DNA of 64,000 nt from an uncultured delta proteobacterium (GTDB taxonomy: Bacteria; Myxococcota; Myxococcia; Myxococcales; Anaeromyxobacteraceae), in NCBI GenBank assembly GCA_963766715.1, contig CAVYBH010000015.1, positions 192,001 through 256,000 of the forward strand, written 5' to 3'. This document shows, in pieces, positions 12,335-24,099 of this stretch. The translations under genes were made by a program, and so were the position numbers. The notes under the pieces are model-generated. The model saw only the letters and a program-made list of their open reading frames with translations. It did no database searches and was not told where the DNA came from. How positions within the stretch are numbered: the stretch's first letter is position 1; every line of letters starts with the position of its first letter.

Positions 12335-13502
12335 GTGACCCAGGCCTTCACGCCTTTCACGCTCGGCTCGCTGCGGCTCCGCAACCGCATCGTGAAGCCC
12401 GCGACCTTCGAGGGGATGTGCCCGGGCGGCCGGGTCTCCCCCGCGCTGGTCGAGCACCACCGCGCGGTGGCGGCCGGCGGCGCGGCCCTCACCACGGTGG
12501 CCTACGCCTCGATCTCGCCGGACGGGCGGAGCTACGCGACCCAGCTGACGATGGAGCCGGACGCGGCCCCGGGACTGCGCACCCTCGTCGACGCGGTCCA
12601 CCGGGAAGGGGCGGCGGTCTCGCTCCAGCTCGGGCACTGCGGATACTTCGCCGACCGGCGGCTGGTGGGCGGTCGGCCGCTCGGCGCGTCGCGCCGATTC
12701 AACACCTACGGCCTCTCCTTCGCGCGCCCGGCCACGGAGGCGGACCTGGCCCGGGTGGTGGCCGACTTCGCCGCCTCGGCGCGGGTCGCCGCCGGCGCGG
12801 GGCTCGACGCCGTCGAGCTCCACTTCGGCCACGGGTACCTGGTCTCGCAGTTCCTCTCCCCGTTCACGAACCGCCGCACCGACCGCTGGGGAGGGAGCCT
12901 GGAGAACCGGGCCCGACTGGCGGTGGAGGTGCTGCGCGCGGTGCGCGAGGCGGTGGGCCCGGACTATCCCGGTCCTCCTCAAGGTGAACCTGCGGGACGG
13001 GTTCCCGGGCGGCCTGGAGGTCGAGGAGGCCATCGAGGTGGCCCGGCGCCTGGAGGCCGAGGGGGCCACCGGTCTCGTCCTCTCCGGCGGCTTCGTCTCC
13101 CGCACGCCGCTCTACATGCTGCGCGGCGAGGTGCCGGTGCGGCAGATGGCGGCCGTGCAGGAGCGCTGGTGGGCGCGGGCGGGGCTCACCCTCTTCGGGC
13201 GGCTCCTGGTGCAGGCCTACCCGTACGAGGAGGGGTTCTTCCTCGAGGAGGCCCGGCGCGTGCGGGCGGCGGTGCGGCTCCCGCTCGTGCTCCTGGGCGG
13301 CGTGAAGTCGCTCGCGGTGATCGACCGCGCGCTCGACGACGGGTTCGAGCTGGTGGGGATGGGGCGCGCCCTGCTCCACGATCCGGCCTTGCCTCGCAGG
13401 ATGGAGCGGGGCGAGGTGACCACGTCGGGCTGCGTCCCCTGCAACGAGTGCATCGCCGAGATGGATCGGGGCGGCGTGCGTTGCACCCGCCCCGGACGCT
13501 GA
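12335..13502 (+). CDS. NADH:flavin oxidoreductase (old yellow enzyme family); frameshift ~12970
   Basis: LRNRIVKPATFE, QLGHCG, ELHFGHGYLVSQFLSP, NRRTDRWGGSLENRAR, C-terminal CVPCNEC. Confidence 0.9.
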
Positions 13503-13523
13503 CCCGGCCGGCTTCGCCCGCCC

Positions 13524-13940
13524 CTACGGCTTCGCCTGCCGGCGGCGATCGGCGATCTCCTGCGCCAGCCGGTCGAGCCGGTCGCTTGCGCCCCGGCGCC
13601 CCTGCTCGGCGGACTTGCCGGTGAAGTGGGCGGCGCCCGGAGCCCAGCCCGGGGTCACGGTGGCGGCCAGGTCCTGGGCCGAGCGGCTGAAGAGGCCGGC
13701 GAGCGGCTTCGCGAGCTGCTTCGCCACCAGCGCGAGCCCGATGAAGGGGAGGAACACGACCATCAGGCCGCCGAGGACCGGCATGATCGTGAAGACGGCC
13801 GCGAGCGGCAGCTTCACGTAGTGGTCGGCGACGGGACCCGGGAGCCGCTCTCCGTCGTGCTGGACCGGGACGATCTCCCAGCTCGACCGGGAGAGGTAGT
13901 AGCCGCTCGTCACCGCGCTGCCGCCGTTCGTCGTTTTCAT
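13524..13940 (-). CDS. Small hypothetical membrane protein
   Basis: MKTTNGG...GYYL...WEIVPV followed by a hydrophobic segment; good codon bias. Confidence 0.65.
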   Translation of the reverse strand: MKTTNGGSAVTSGYYLSRSSWEIVPVQHDGERLPGPVADHYVKLPLAAVFTIMPVLGGLMVVFLPFIGLALVAKQLAKPLAGLFSRSAQDLAATVTPGWAPGAAHFTGKSAEQGRRGASDRLDRLAQEIADRRRQAKP

Positions 13941-14104
13941 GGTTCCAGTGTGCCCGGGACGGGCGCGCTCCGATATTGGGTCGATCCCGGAGACGCCCCG
14001 GGAAAAGTCCCGCCCCCTTCCGGGTACAGCGCGGGCTCGCACGCCCCACCTCGGACACCCGTTTGACCACGTCCGGAGCCCGCCATTCGTGGCTTTCCTG
14101 GCAC

Positions 14105-15779
14105 ATGAGCCCAACCGCCATCGACCCGTCCGCTCCCCTCCCCCACGGCGAGGAGCTGCTCCACGACCCGATCCTCAACAAGGGCACCGCCTTCACCCTC
14201 GCCGAGCGGCGCGCGCTGGGACTCGAGGGGCTGCTGCCGCCGCACGTGCACCGCCTCGACGAGCAGGTGGCGCGCGTGATGGACAACTACCGGAACAAGC
14301 AGACCGACCTGGAGCGCTACATCCACCTGGTCAGCCTGCAGGACCGCAACGAGACGCTCTTCTACCGGGTGGTGGTGGACCACATCGAGGAGATGATGCC
14401 CATCATCTACACGCCCACGGTGGGGCAGGCCTGCCAGCAGTGGGGGCACCTCTTCCGGCGGCCGCGCGGCCTCTACGTGGCCTGGCCGGACCGCGGACGG
14501 ATCGAGGCCGTCCTGCGCAACTGGCCGCTCTCCGACGTCCGCGTCATCGTCGTGACGGATGGTGAACGGATCCTGGGCCTGGGCGACCAGGGCGTGGGCG
14601 GAATGGGCATCCCGGTGGGCAAGCTCTCGCTCTACACCGCCTGCGCCGGCATCGACCCGGCCCGGACCCTGCCGGTGATGCTCGACGTGGGCACCGAGAA
14701 CGAGGGCTACCTGCGCGACCCGCTCTACATGGGCGTGCGCCAGAAGCGGGTCCGGGGGAAGGAGTACGACGCCTTCGTCGCCGAGTTCGTCGAGGCCGTG
14801 CGGCGCGTCTTCCCGCGGGCGCTCCTGCAGTTCGAGGACTTCGGCAACCAGAACGCCTTCCGCCTGCTGGAGCAGTGGCGCGAGCGGGTCTGCACCTTCA
14901 ACGACGACATCCAGGGAACCGCGGCGGTGACCCTGGCCGGGCTCTACTCGTCGCTCCGCCTCACCGGGAAGACCCTGCGGGACCAGAAGCTCCTCTTCCT
15001 GGGCGCCGGCGAGGCCGGCATCGGCATCGGCGACCTGGTGGTCTCGGCGATGGTGGACGAGGGAGCCACCCTCGAGGAGGCGCGGCGGCGCTGCTGGTTC
15101 GTGGACAGCCACGGACTGGTGGTGAAGAGCCGGACCGGGCTGGCCGAGCACAAGCTCCGCTTCGCCCACGACGCCGCGCCGGCACCCGACTTCTTCTCGG
15201 CGCTCGAGGCCCTGCGCCCCACCGCCATCGTCGGCGTGTCCACGGTGCCCCGCTCCTTCGACCAGCGGGTGATCGAGGCCATGTCCCGGATGAACGAGCG
15301 CCCCATCGTCTTCGCGCTCTCCAACCCGACCTCCAAGTCGGAGTGCACCGCCGAGGAGGCCTACCGCTGGTCGGGCGGCCGGGCCATCTTCGCGAGCGGC
15401 AGCCCGTTCCCCACCTGCCACCTGGACGGGAAGACCTTCGTGCCCGGCCAGGGGAACAACTCCTACATCTTCCCGGGCGTCGGGCTGGGGGTGGTGGCCT
15501 GCCAGGCCCGGCTGGTCACCGACCGCATGTTCTCGGCGGCGGCGCGCACGCTGGCCTCGCTGGTGCTTCCGTCCGACCTGGAGCTGGGGCGGATCTTCCC
15601 CTCCCTCACCCGCATCCGGGAGGTGTCGGCCCACATCGGCGCGGCCGTGGCGGAGGTGGCCTTCCGGGACGGGCTCGCCGGCGTGCCCCGCCCGGCGGAC
15701 GTGCCCGGGATGGTGCGAAGCGCGATGTGGGAGCCCGCCTACCGGGACTACGTGCGGAGCGGCGCGGGGCCCTTCCTAG
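14105..15779 (+). CDS. maeA: NAD(P)-dependent malic enzyme (true stop probably obscured by a terminal indel)
   Basis: NKGTAFT, IIYTPTVG, VTDGERILGLGD, FNDDIQGT, GAGEAG, ALSNPT, GQGNNSYIFPG. Confidence 0.93.
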
Positions 15780-16859
15780 ACGGGCTTCGCGCGAAGCTCG
15801 AGGACGAACCGGGCGCCGGGAGCCGCCTCGTCGAGCCAGAGCCTGCCGCCCTGGGCCTCGGCGAGGCCGCGGGCGATGGCCAGGCCGAGGCCGAAGCCGG
15901 TCGCCTGGTCGCCTTCCCGGCTGAAGCGCTCGAAGACGCGGGGACGGATCCGGGCGGGAACGCCCGGGCCGTCGTCGGAGACCGCCACGCAGACGAGGTC
16001 TCCGGTCCTCTCGACGGCGATCTCGACGTTCCTCCCGCCGTGGCGGAGCGCGTTGTCGATCAGGTTGTCGAGCACCCGCCCGGTGAGCAGGGGGTCGCCG
16101 ATCGCCGTGGCCGGCGCCGATCGAAGGGTGAGCCGGGTCCGCGGCCCCGGCGTGGGCGCTCGAGGCCCGGTCCCGGGCCAGGCGGGTGGCGCGCTCCAGG
16201 TCGAAGCGGGTCGCGGTGGGCTCGAGCGTCCCGGCGTCGCCGCGGGCGAGCGCGAGCAGCATCTCCACCAGGCGGCCGAGCCGGGTGGCCTCCTCCTCGA
16301 CCACGTGGAGGGCGGCCTGGTACTCCGCCGGCGTCCGCTCGCGCCGCAGCGTCACCTGCACCTCCCCGAGCATGCCGGCGAGCGGGGTGCGCAGCTCGTG
16401 GGCCGCGTTGGCGCTGAAGGCGCGGATCCGCTCGGCGGTCGCCGTCCGGGCCCGCAGGAGATCGTTCGTCACCGACGCCAGGTCGTCCCACTCGTCGCCG
16501 GTGCCCCGCACCGGCAGCTCGAGCTCCCCGTCTCCCTTCAAGGCCCTGCGCGCCCGCAGCGCGGCCTCGCGCATCGGGGCCAGCGCGCGCCTCGCGAGCA
16601 GGAGGCCGAGGAAGGCCGCCCCGGCGACGACGAACGGGGAGAAGAAGAGCATCACCAGCCCCATCTTCTTCGCGTCCTGGAAGTCGTCTCCCACGTAGGG
16701 CGACGTCGCCGCGAGCTCCGGACCGGCCGCCAGCCGCTCCGCCCGATCGTGGAACCAGATCGCCCCGAGCGTCACCGCGCCGAAGACGAGGAAGGTGACG
16801 AGGACCGCGCCCGCGAAGGCCGCCGCGAGGCGGACCCGGAAGCTGCGCAGCAATCTCAA
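15776..16859 (-). CDS. Sensor histidine kinase, HAMP-HisKA-HATPase (frameshift ~16130)
   Basis: FSANAAHELRTPL, NLIDNALRH, DDGPG, GFGLGLAI; TTG start overlaps regulator stop. Confidence 0.88.
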
Positions 16860-17530
16860 GGGCCGCGCCTCATGGCGTAGCCCACGCCCCGCACCGTCTG
16901 GATGAGCGGATAGGAGAAGGGCTCGTCGATCTTCTTGCGGAGGTAGCGAACGTAGACGTCGACGACGTTGGAGAAGGTGTCGAAGTCGTGCTCCCAGACC
17001 GCCTCGACGATCCGGGTGCGGGAGACCGGCTCGCCGGCGTGCTCGAGCAGGAACTGGAGCAGGGAGAACTCGCGGGCGGTGAGCCGGACGACCTGCCCGG
17101 CCCGCGTGACCCGGTGCGCCACCGGGTCGAGGACCAGGTCGCCGCACGTCAGGGTCGGGCTGGCCCGGCCGCCGGCCCGGCGCAGGACGGCGCGCACCCG
17201 CGCCACCAGCTCGTCGAACGCGAAGGGCTTGATCAGGTAGTCGTCGGCCCCGGCGTTGAGCGCCGCCACCCGGTCGTCGACCGAGTCCCGGGCCGTGATC
17301 ATGACCACCGGGGTGACGTCCTCCCGGGCGCGCCACCGGAGCAGGAGGTCGAGGCCGGAGGTCCCCGGGATCATCCAGTCGAGGAGCACGACGTCCACCC
17401 CCCCGGCGGAGAACTCCCGCTCGGCCGCCTCCCCGTCGGCTGCCACCCGGACGGTGTAGCCCTCCTCGGTGAGACCTCGCTCGATGAAGGAGCGGACGCG
17501 AAGCTCGTCTTCGACGACCAGGATGGCCAT
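16856..17530 (-). CDS. OmpR/PhoB-family response regulator (CusR/CzcR-like)
   Basis: ILVVEDE, GADDYLIKPF, NVVDVYVRYLRKKID, TVRGVGY. Confidence 0.93.
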   Translation of the reverse strand: MAILVVEDELRVRSFIERGLTEEGYTVRVAADGEAAEREFSAGGVDVVLLDWMIPGTSGLDLLLRWRAREDVTPVVMITARDSVDDRVAALNAGADDYLIKPFAFDELVARVRAVLRRAGGRASPTLTCGDLVLDPVAHRVTRAGQVVRLTAREFSLLQFLLEHAGEPVSRTRIVEAVWEHDFDTFSNVVDVYVRYLRKKIDEPFSYPLIQTVRGVGYAMRRGP

Positions 17531-17783
17531 CCCGATGGATTAGCACGCCCCGAACGCCGATCGCGAATGAGTGAATTCTCATGTCGTTCTCACCTGCGCT
17601 TCACCCGGGCGGCGCTAGATTCCTCCCGGACGCGACGTCGCGTCTCCGGGGTGCGAGAGCGTCCCGGGGGCTTGCAGGAGGGATGCCTCCCGCGAGCCGT
17701 CGGCGAAGCGGGGCAGGACCCCCCTCCCCAGCCCCCTTCGCCGACCGTTTCCCGATCCGGGCGTGGCGTCGTACCGTCCGTCG

Positions 17784-19578
17784 ATGCCCAACCCCCTCCT
17801 CGACGATCGCGGCCTCGACTTCGTCCTGCGGGACGTCCTCGACGCCGGCTCGCTCTCCCGTCTCCCCCACTTCTCCGACCACGGCCCGGAGACCTTCGAC
17901 GCCTGGATCGACGTCTGCCGGCGCTTCGCGCGGGACGTCCTCCTCCCCTCCTACCGCCCCCTCGACGCCGAGCCGCCGGTGCTCCGCGACGGCCGGGTCC
18001 TCGTCCACCCGAGGCTGAAGGAGATTCTGGCCGCGCCTGCGCGAGCTGGGGGTGATCTCCGCCACCCGTCCGGCCGGCGTGGGCGGGCAGCAGCTGCCGG
18101 CCACCATCGCCATGGCCGCGAACCTGTACCTGATGGCCGGGAACTGCTCCGCATACGGGTACGCCGGGCTCACCAGCGGCGCGGCCCACCTGGTCGAGGC
18201 CTTCGGCTCCCCGGCGCTGCGGGAGCGCTGGCTGGGACCGATGCTCGAGGGGATCGTCACCGGGACCATGGCCCTCACCGAGCCGCAGGCCGGATCGAGC
18301 CTGGCCGACGTGGCGACCCGGGCCACCCCGTCGGGCGACCACTTCCTCCTCTCCGGGGCCAAGATCTTCATCTCCGGCGGCGACCACGACCTGACCGGAA
18401 ACGTGGTGCACCTGGTGCTCGCGCGCATCGACGGCGCGGCCCCGGGGACGAAGGGCGTGAGCCTCTTCCTCGTCCCGCGGCAGCGCCCCTCGGCGGGCGG
18501 CGGGCTCGAGCCGAACGACGTCTCGGTGTCCGGGCTCATCCACAAGATCGGCTGGCGGGGGCTCCCCAGCGTGGCGCTGTCCTTCGGCGAGTCGGGCGAC
18601 TGCCGGGGCTGGCTGGTCGGCGAGGCGGGGCGCGGCCTCGCCCAGATGTTCCAGATGATGAACGAGGCCCGCATCATGGTGGGCGGCAACGGCGTGGCCA
18701 CCGCGTCGGTGGCCTACCTCGAGTCGCTGGCCTACGCCCGGGACCGGCTGCAGGGACGGGCGGCCGGGAGCCGCGATCCGCGCTCGCCCCAGCTCCCCAT
18801 CGTGGAGCACGCCGACGTCCGGCGCATGCTGCTGCGGCAGAAGGCCATCGTCGAGGGGGGCCTGGCGCTGGTGCTGGAGGCCGCCCTGCAGGCGGACCGG
18901 TCCGAGCACGCGACCACGCCGGAGGAGCGCGGCCGGGCGCGGCTCCTGCTCGACCTGCTCACCCCGGTGGCCAAGAGCTTCCCCGCCGAGCGCGGGTTCG
19001 AGTCCACGGCGCTGGCGCTCCAGATCCACGGTGGGTACGGGTACTCGAGCGAGTACCTGCCCGAGGCCTGGCTGCGGGACCAGAAGCTGAACTCCATCCA
19101 CGAGGGGACGACCGGGATCCAGGGCATGGACCTGCTCGGGCGCAAGGTGGTGGCCGACGGCGGGGCCGCGCTGCGCACCCTGGGCGAGGAGATCGAGGCG
19201 GCCTGCCGGCGCGCGGACCGGGCCGGGGTGGAGGCGTCTTGGATCGCCGCCGTCCGGGAGGCCACGGCGAGCGTCGGGGCGCTGACGCTGGAGCTGGCGG
19301 GACGCGGGCTGTCCGGGAGCCCGGACGCCATGCTCTTGCACTCGACCGACTACCTCGACCTCTTCTCCACGCTGGTGGTGGCCTGGCTCTGGCTCCTCCA
19401 GGCGGCGGCCGCCCGGGAGGCGCTGGCCGCCGGACGCGGAGCGCCGGAGATGCTGCAGGGGAAGCTCTCGGCGGCCCGTTACTGGATCCGGTCGGAGCTC
19501 CCGCGCATCGCCCCGCTCGTCGCCACCTGCAGGGAGGGCGAGGACAGCTACGCCACCGTGCGCACGGAGTGGCTGTAG
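17784..19578 (+). CDS. Acyl-CoA dehydrogenase (frameshift ~18030)
   Basis: [50 protein letters not shown]. Confidence 0.92.
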
Positions 19579-19609
19579 CAGGCTCTTCCCCGTGGTATGG
19601 CCTGGAGCC

Positions 19610-20833
19610 ATGGAGCATCCGAGCTACCGGGCCATCGCCCATGCCATCCGGCGCCGATCGGCCTGGTCCAGCGGGGAGACCATCGCCTTCCCCGGGGAGG
19701 GCGCCGAGGTCTTCTTCCTGCCGCACCGCTCCCTCCATGGCCAGCACCTGCTGGGCCGGCAGGCCTACCGCTGCGACCTCCACGGGCTGGACTTCCCGGG
19801 CGAGCCCATCGACGACGCACCCGCCGACTGCGACATCGCGGAGAACCTCGACTTCCGCTACCCGTTGCTCCGCGCGATCGGCTCCGGCGGCGAGCGGGCC
19901 CGGCGGCTCGTGGTCGTCCTCCACGGGCTGAACGAGCGCAGCTTCACGAAGTACGTTCCCTGGGCCCACCAGCTCTGGCGCGCCACCGGGGCCGCCGTGG
20001 CGCTCTTCCCGCTCTCCTTCCAGGTGAACCGCGTCCTGCCGCAGTGGGGGCGGCAGGTCGACCTGCACCTGGCCCGCCGCCGGGCCGTGTCCCGGAACGA
20101 GAACGTCCACGGCTTCAACTGCGTCATCAGCGAGCGGCTCGACGCCTACCCGGAGCGCTTCTTCTGGGGCGGACTGCAGTCCTACGGCGACGTCGTCGAC
20201 CTGGTTTCCGGGATCCGCGCCGGGCGTCACCCGCACGTGGACCCGGAGGCCCGGGTGGACCTGGTCGGCTACTCGGCCGGCGGCTACCTGGCGCTGGCCT
20301 TGCTCCTCGTCGACGAGTCCGGGCTCTTCGCCGACAGCCGGGCCGTCGTCTTCGAGAGCGGAGCGGCCCTGCGGGCCACCAACATGTCGTCGCGCTTCAT
20401 CATCGACCACGCGTGCGAGGTGTCGCTGATGAAGCTCTACGTCCGCTTCACCGGGCGCCTGGCCAACGGCCGGCTCTCGCACTGGCTGCGCGAGCACGAC
20501 GTGGGGCGCTGGTTCCGGGCCCTGTGCGGCGACGAGGCGGAGCGGCCGCGGCTCGAGGCCCGCCTGCGCGAGCTGGCGCCGCGCCTGCTCGCCATCTCCA
20601 ACCGGAACGACGAGGTCATCCCCGCCCCCGCCATCCTGAACACGCTGCAGGGGCTGCACCGGGATACGGGCGTCCGGATCGAGGAGCTCTCGCTGGGCGT
20701 CCACGAGCACCCGTTCCTCTGCGGCGACTACCAGCAGCGGGACCGGGACTTCGTGACCGGGTTCCTGGACGAGCCTCGCTACGGTCCGGGCTTCGAGCGC
20801 TTCGTCGAGGCCGCCGCCGGGCTGCTCCGCTAG
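19610..20833 (+). CDS. Alpha/beta-hydrolase-fold protein of unknown function
   Basis: LHGLNE, nucleophile elbow GYSAGG, NDEVIP, HEHPF (putative Ser-Asp-His triad). Confidence 0.7.
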   Translation: MEHPSYRAIAHAIRRRSAWSSGETIAFPGEGAEVFFLPHRSLHGQHLLGRQAYRCDLHGLDFPGEPIDDAPADCDIAENLDFRYPLLRAIGSGGERARRLVVVLHGLNERSFTKYVPWAHQLWRATGAAVALFPLSFQVNRVLPQWGRQVDLHLARRRAVSRNENVHGFNCVISERLDAYPERFFWGGLQSYGDVVDLVSGIRAGRHPHVDPEARVDLVGYSAGGYLALALLLVDESGLFADSRAVVFESGAALRATNMSSRFIIDHACEVSLMKLYVRFTGRLANGRLSHWLREHDVGRWFRALCGDEAERPRLEARLRELAPRLLAISNRNDEVIPAPAILNTLQGLHRDTGVRIEELSLGVHEHPFLCGDYQQRDRDFVTGFLDEPRYGPGFERFVEAAAGLLR

Positions 20834-20873
20834 CGCCGGACCCGGACCCGCGGCCGCGCGTCCCGCGGAACGA

Positions 20874-20911
20874 GAAACGAGAAGCGGGGAGCCGCTCTCG
20901 CGACCCCCCGC
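20874..20911 (-). terminator. Intrinsic terminator after the BMP gene
   Basis: Minus strand GCGGGGGGTCGC-GAGA-GCGGCTCCCCGC followed by TTCTCGTTT. Confidence 0.65.
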
Positions 20912-20938
20912 CCGGTGCTGCCCGTCTCGAAGCCGCCG

Positions 20939-22081
20939 CTACTTGGCGGACGGGAGCTTGCCCTCGACGCCCGCGACGTAGAAGTTCATCTCGCCCTTGA
21001 ACTTGTCGTCACCGACGACGCCGGCCGCGAGCACTTCCTTGCCGGTGTTGTCCTTGATGGGGCCGCGGAAGACGGCGCCCGGGTTGGCGACGAGGAAGGC
21101 CTTGGCCTCCTCCACCTTGGCCTTGGCGGCCGGCGGGACGGAGTCGTTCACCTTCACGAAGGTGGTGAGCCCCTCCTTGATGCCCCACTTGGTGTTCTCG
21201 ACCTTCCAGGTCTTCTCGAGGACGTCGTTCACGGCCTTGATGTAGTACGGACCCCAGTCGAGCGCGGCCGAGCCGAGGTGGGCCTTGGGGGCGAAGGCGC
21301 TCATGTCCGAGTCCCAGCCGAAGGCGTACTTGCCGTTCTTCTCGGCGGTCTGGAGGACGGCCGTCGAGTCGGTGTTCTGGAGCAGCACGTCGGCGCCCTG
21401 GTTGATGAGCGACTGGGCCGCCTCGGTCTCCTTGGGGGGATCGAACCAGGCGCTCACCCAGACCACCTTGGTCTTGACCTTCGGGTTCACGCTCTGCGCA
21501 CCCAGGGTGAACGCATTGATGTTGCGGAGCACCTCGGGGATGGGGAAGGAGCCGACGAAGCCGATGACGTTGGTCTTCGTCATCATGCCGGCCAGCACGC
21601 CGGCGACGTAGGAGTCCTCGTAGAAGCGCCCCTCGTAGTTGCGCAGGTTGGGCGCGGTCTTGAAGCCGGTGGCGTGCTCGAAGAAGACCTCCGGGTGATC
21701 CTTGGCGACCTTCTCCATCGAGTCGCCGAAGCCGAAGGAGGTGGCGAAGATGACCTTGTTGCCCTGGGCGACGAGGTCCCGGATGACGCGCTCGGCGTCG
21801 GGACCCTCGGCCACCTTCTCGACGTAGGTGGTCTTCACCTTGTCGCCGAACTTGGCCTCCATCGCCTTGCGGCCCAGGTCGTGGGCGTAGGTCCAGCCGG
21901 CGTCGCCGACGGGGCCCACGTAGATGAAGCCGATCTTGAGGGGCTCGGCCTTGGCGGCGGCGGCAGGGGCCGGCGCGGGAGCGGCCGGCTTCGGGGGCTC
22001 GCTCTTCGAGCAGCCCAGGAGGCCGATTCCGGCCACGAGGGCCGCGAGGGTCAGGTTCTGCACGAACGAACGGCTGCGCAT
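20939..22081 (-). CDS. BMP-family ABC substrate-binding lipoprotein (nucleoside/purine)
   Basis: Lipobox LLGC; IGFIYVGPVGDAGWTYAHD; PIPEVLRNINAF. Confidence 0.92.
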   Translation of the reverse strand: MRSRSFVQNLTLAALVAGIGLLGCSKSEPPKPAAPAPAPAAAAKAEPLKIGFIYVGPVGDAGWTYAHDLGRKAMEAKFGDKVKTTYVEKVAEGPDAERVIRDLVAQGNKVIFATSFGFGDSMEKVAKDHPEVFFEHATGFKTAPNLRNYEGRFYEDSYVAGVLAGMMTKTNVIGFVGSFPIPEVLRNINAFTLGAQSVNPKVKTKVVWVSAWFDPPKETEAAQSLINQGADVLLQNTDSTAVLQTAEKNGKYAFGWDSDMSAFAPKAHLGSAALDWGPYYIKAVNDVLEKTWKVENTKWGIKEGLTTFVKVNDSVPPAAKAKVEEAKAFLVANPGAVFRGPIKDNTGKEVLAAGVVGDDKFKGEMNFYVAGVEGKLPSAK

Positions 22082-22112
22082 GACTGCTTCTCCTTGGTGG
22101 TGAGGGTGAGAC

Positions 22113-23033
22113 TCATGAGCCGGGGTGGAACGTCTTGCCCAGGGACGCGGGCATGTTGAGCCGGATCCAGAGCGGATCGCGGGAGATGACGACCAGGACG
22201 ACGACGGTGGACAGGTACGGGAGCATGCTCATGAACTGGAGCGGGACCTGGACCCCCTGCCCCTGGAGGTGGAGTTGCAGCATGGTCACGCCGCCGAAGA
22301 GGTAGGCGCCGAGCAGCACCCGCCCCGGGCGCCAGGTGGCGAACACCGTCAGGGCGAGCGCGATCCATCCGCGGCCGGCGATCATGCCCTCCACCCACAT
22401 GGGCGCGTAGATGATGGACAGGTACGCGCCGGAGACCCCGCACAGCGCGCCGCCGGCCAGCACGGCGCCCAGGCGGATCCACCGCACCGGGTAGCCCAGC
22501 GCGTGCGCCGAGTCGGGCGACTCGCCCACCGAGCGCAGCACCAGGCCGGCGCGCGTCCGGTAGAAGAACCAGGCCAGCGCGGCCATGAGCGCGATGGCGA
22601 TGTAGACCATGGGATGCTGGCGGAAGAGCGCCGGGCCCAGGAAGGGCAGGTCGCGAAGCCCGGGAATGCCCGCGCCGGCCGACTGCTCGAGCTTCTTGCC
22701 CACGTAGCCGGTGCCCACGAAGGCCGAGAAGCCCAGGCCGAAGAGGGAGATGGCGAGGCCGGTGGCGTACTGGTTCGTGCAGAGCCAGATGGAGAGCCAC
22801 CCGAAGATACCCGCCGCGGCCGCGCCGGCGACGGCCCCGGCCGCGAACCCGACCCAGTCGTTGCCGGTGTGGAAGGCGGCCGCGAAGCCCGTGACCGCGG
22901 CGATGGCCATCATCCCCTCGGCTCCCAGGTTCACCACCCCGGACCGCTCGTTCACGAGCAGCCCGAGACCGGCCAGGGCGATCGGCGTGCCGGAGGCCAG
23001 CGTGGCGGCGACGAGGAGCGCGATCTCGTTCAT
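22113..23033 (-). CDS. Nucleoside ABC transporter permease
   Basis: ERSGVVNLGAEG, AGRGWIALAL. Confidence 0.9.
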   Translation of the reverse strand: MNEIALLVAATLASGTPIALAGLGLLVNERSGVVNLGAEGMMAIAAVTGFAAAFHTGNDWVGFAAGAVAGAAAAGIFGWLSIWLCTNQYATGLAISLFGLGFSAFVGTGYVGKKLEQSAGAGIPGLRDLPFLGPALFRQHPMVYIAIALMAALAWFFYRTRAGLVLRSVGESPDSAHALGYPVRWIRLGAVLAGGALCGVSGAYLSIIYAPMWVEGMIAGRGWIALALTVFATWRPGRVLLGAYLFGGVTMLQLHLQGQGVQVPLQFMSMLPYLSTVVVLVVISRDPLWIRLNMPASLGKTFHPGS

Positions 23034-24099
23034 CGGGGGGACCACCGGGGCCGGTAGTTGATGAGGGTGTCGCAGCCGAGCAGCGAGAGCAGCAGCACGC
23101 CCTGGAAGACGCCGGTGATGGCGGACGGCAGGCCGAGCCTGGACTGGGCCAGCTCGCCGCCGATGGAGAAGGTGGCCAGGATGAGGGAGGCCAGCACGGC
23201 GCCCAGCGGGTGGAGCCGTCCCACGAAGGCGACGATGATGGCCGCGAAGCCATAGCCCTGCGAGACGTGCGGGGTGAGCTGCCCATGGGCCCCGCCACCT
23301 CGAGCGCCCCCGCCACCCCGGCCAGCCCTCCCGAGATGAGGAAGGTCATCCACAGCGCCCCGCGGGACGAGAACCCGGCGTAGCGCGCCGCGGCCGGGGC
23401 CGGCCCGCCCACCATGAGCTGCATTCCCTTGTAGGTCCGGAACATGAAGATCCACATCCCCACCGCGGCGGCGAGCGCCAGCGCGAACCCCCAGTGGAGG
23501 CGCATGCCGGGGATGAAGCGGGGCACGCCGGTCTGCGCGGCGAAGTTCATGGTCTGCGGGAAGTTGAAGCCCCCCGGATCCTTCCAGGGCCCGAAGACGA
23601 GCCAGGAGAGGAAGAGGTCGGCCACGTAGACGAGCATCAGGCTGACCAGGATCTCGTTGGCGTTGAACCGATCCTTGAGGAACGCGGCGATGCTCGCCCA
23701 GAGCATTCCCCCGATCGCGCCCGCCAGGACGAGGAGCGGGAAGAAGGCCCAGCGGTCGACCGGCACCTGGTTCTGGGTGACGACGAGCGCGAGCCCCCCG
23801 CCCACGATGCCGCCGACGAGGAACTGCCCCTCGGCGCCGATGTTCCAGACGTTGGCGCGGAACGCGAGCGCCAGCCCGAGCGCGCAGAGGATGAGCGGCG
23901 TGGCCTTGAGCCCGAGCTCGGTCAGGCCGCGGATCCCGCTCCACGGCTGGACCAGGAAGACCTCGAGGCCGCGAACCGGGTCCTTTCCCAGCAGCGCGAA
24001 GAGCGACGCCGCCACGGCCACCGTGATGGCGAGCGCCACCACCGGAGAGAGCACGCTCCAGAGCCGGGACGGGGCCGGCCGCGCCTCGAGCCGGATCAA
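23030..24099 (-). CDS. Nucleoside ABC transporter permease (frameshift ~23285)
   Basis: WNIGAEGQF, NEILVSLML, GYGFAAIIVAFVGRLHP. Confidence 0.9.

Noticed and set aside
15750..16417. Malic enzyme with a ~220-aa C-terminal extension
   Set aside because: The extension is the antisense of the convergent kinase gene; a TAG at 15777-15779 is one base out of frame, consistent with a terminal indel.
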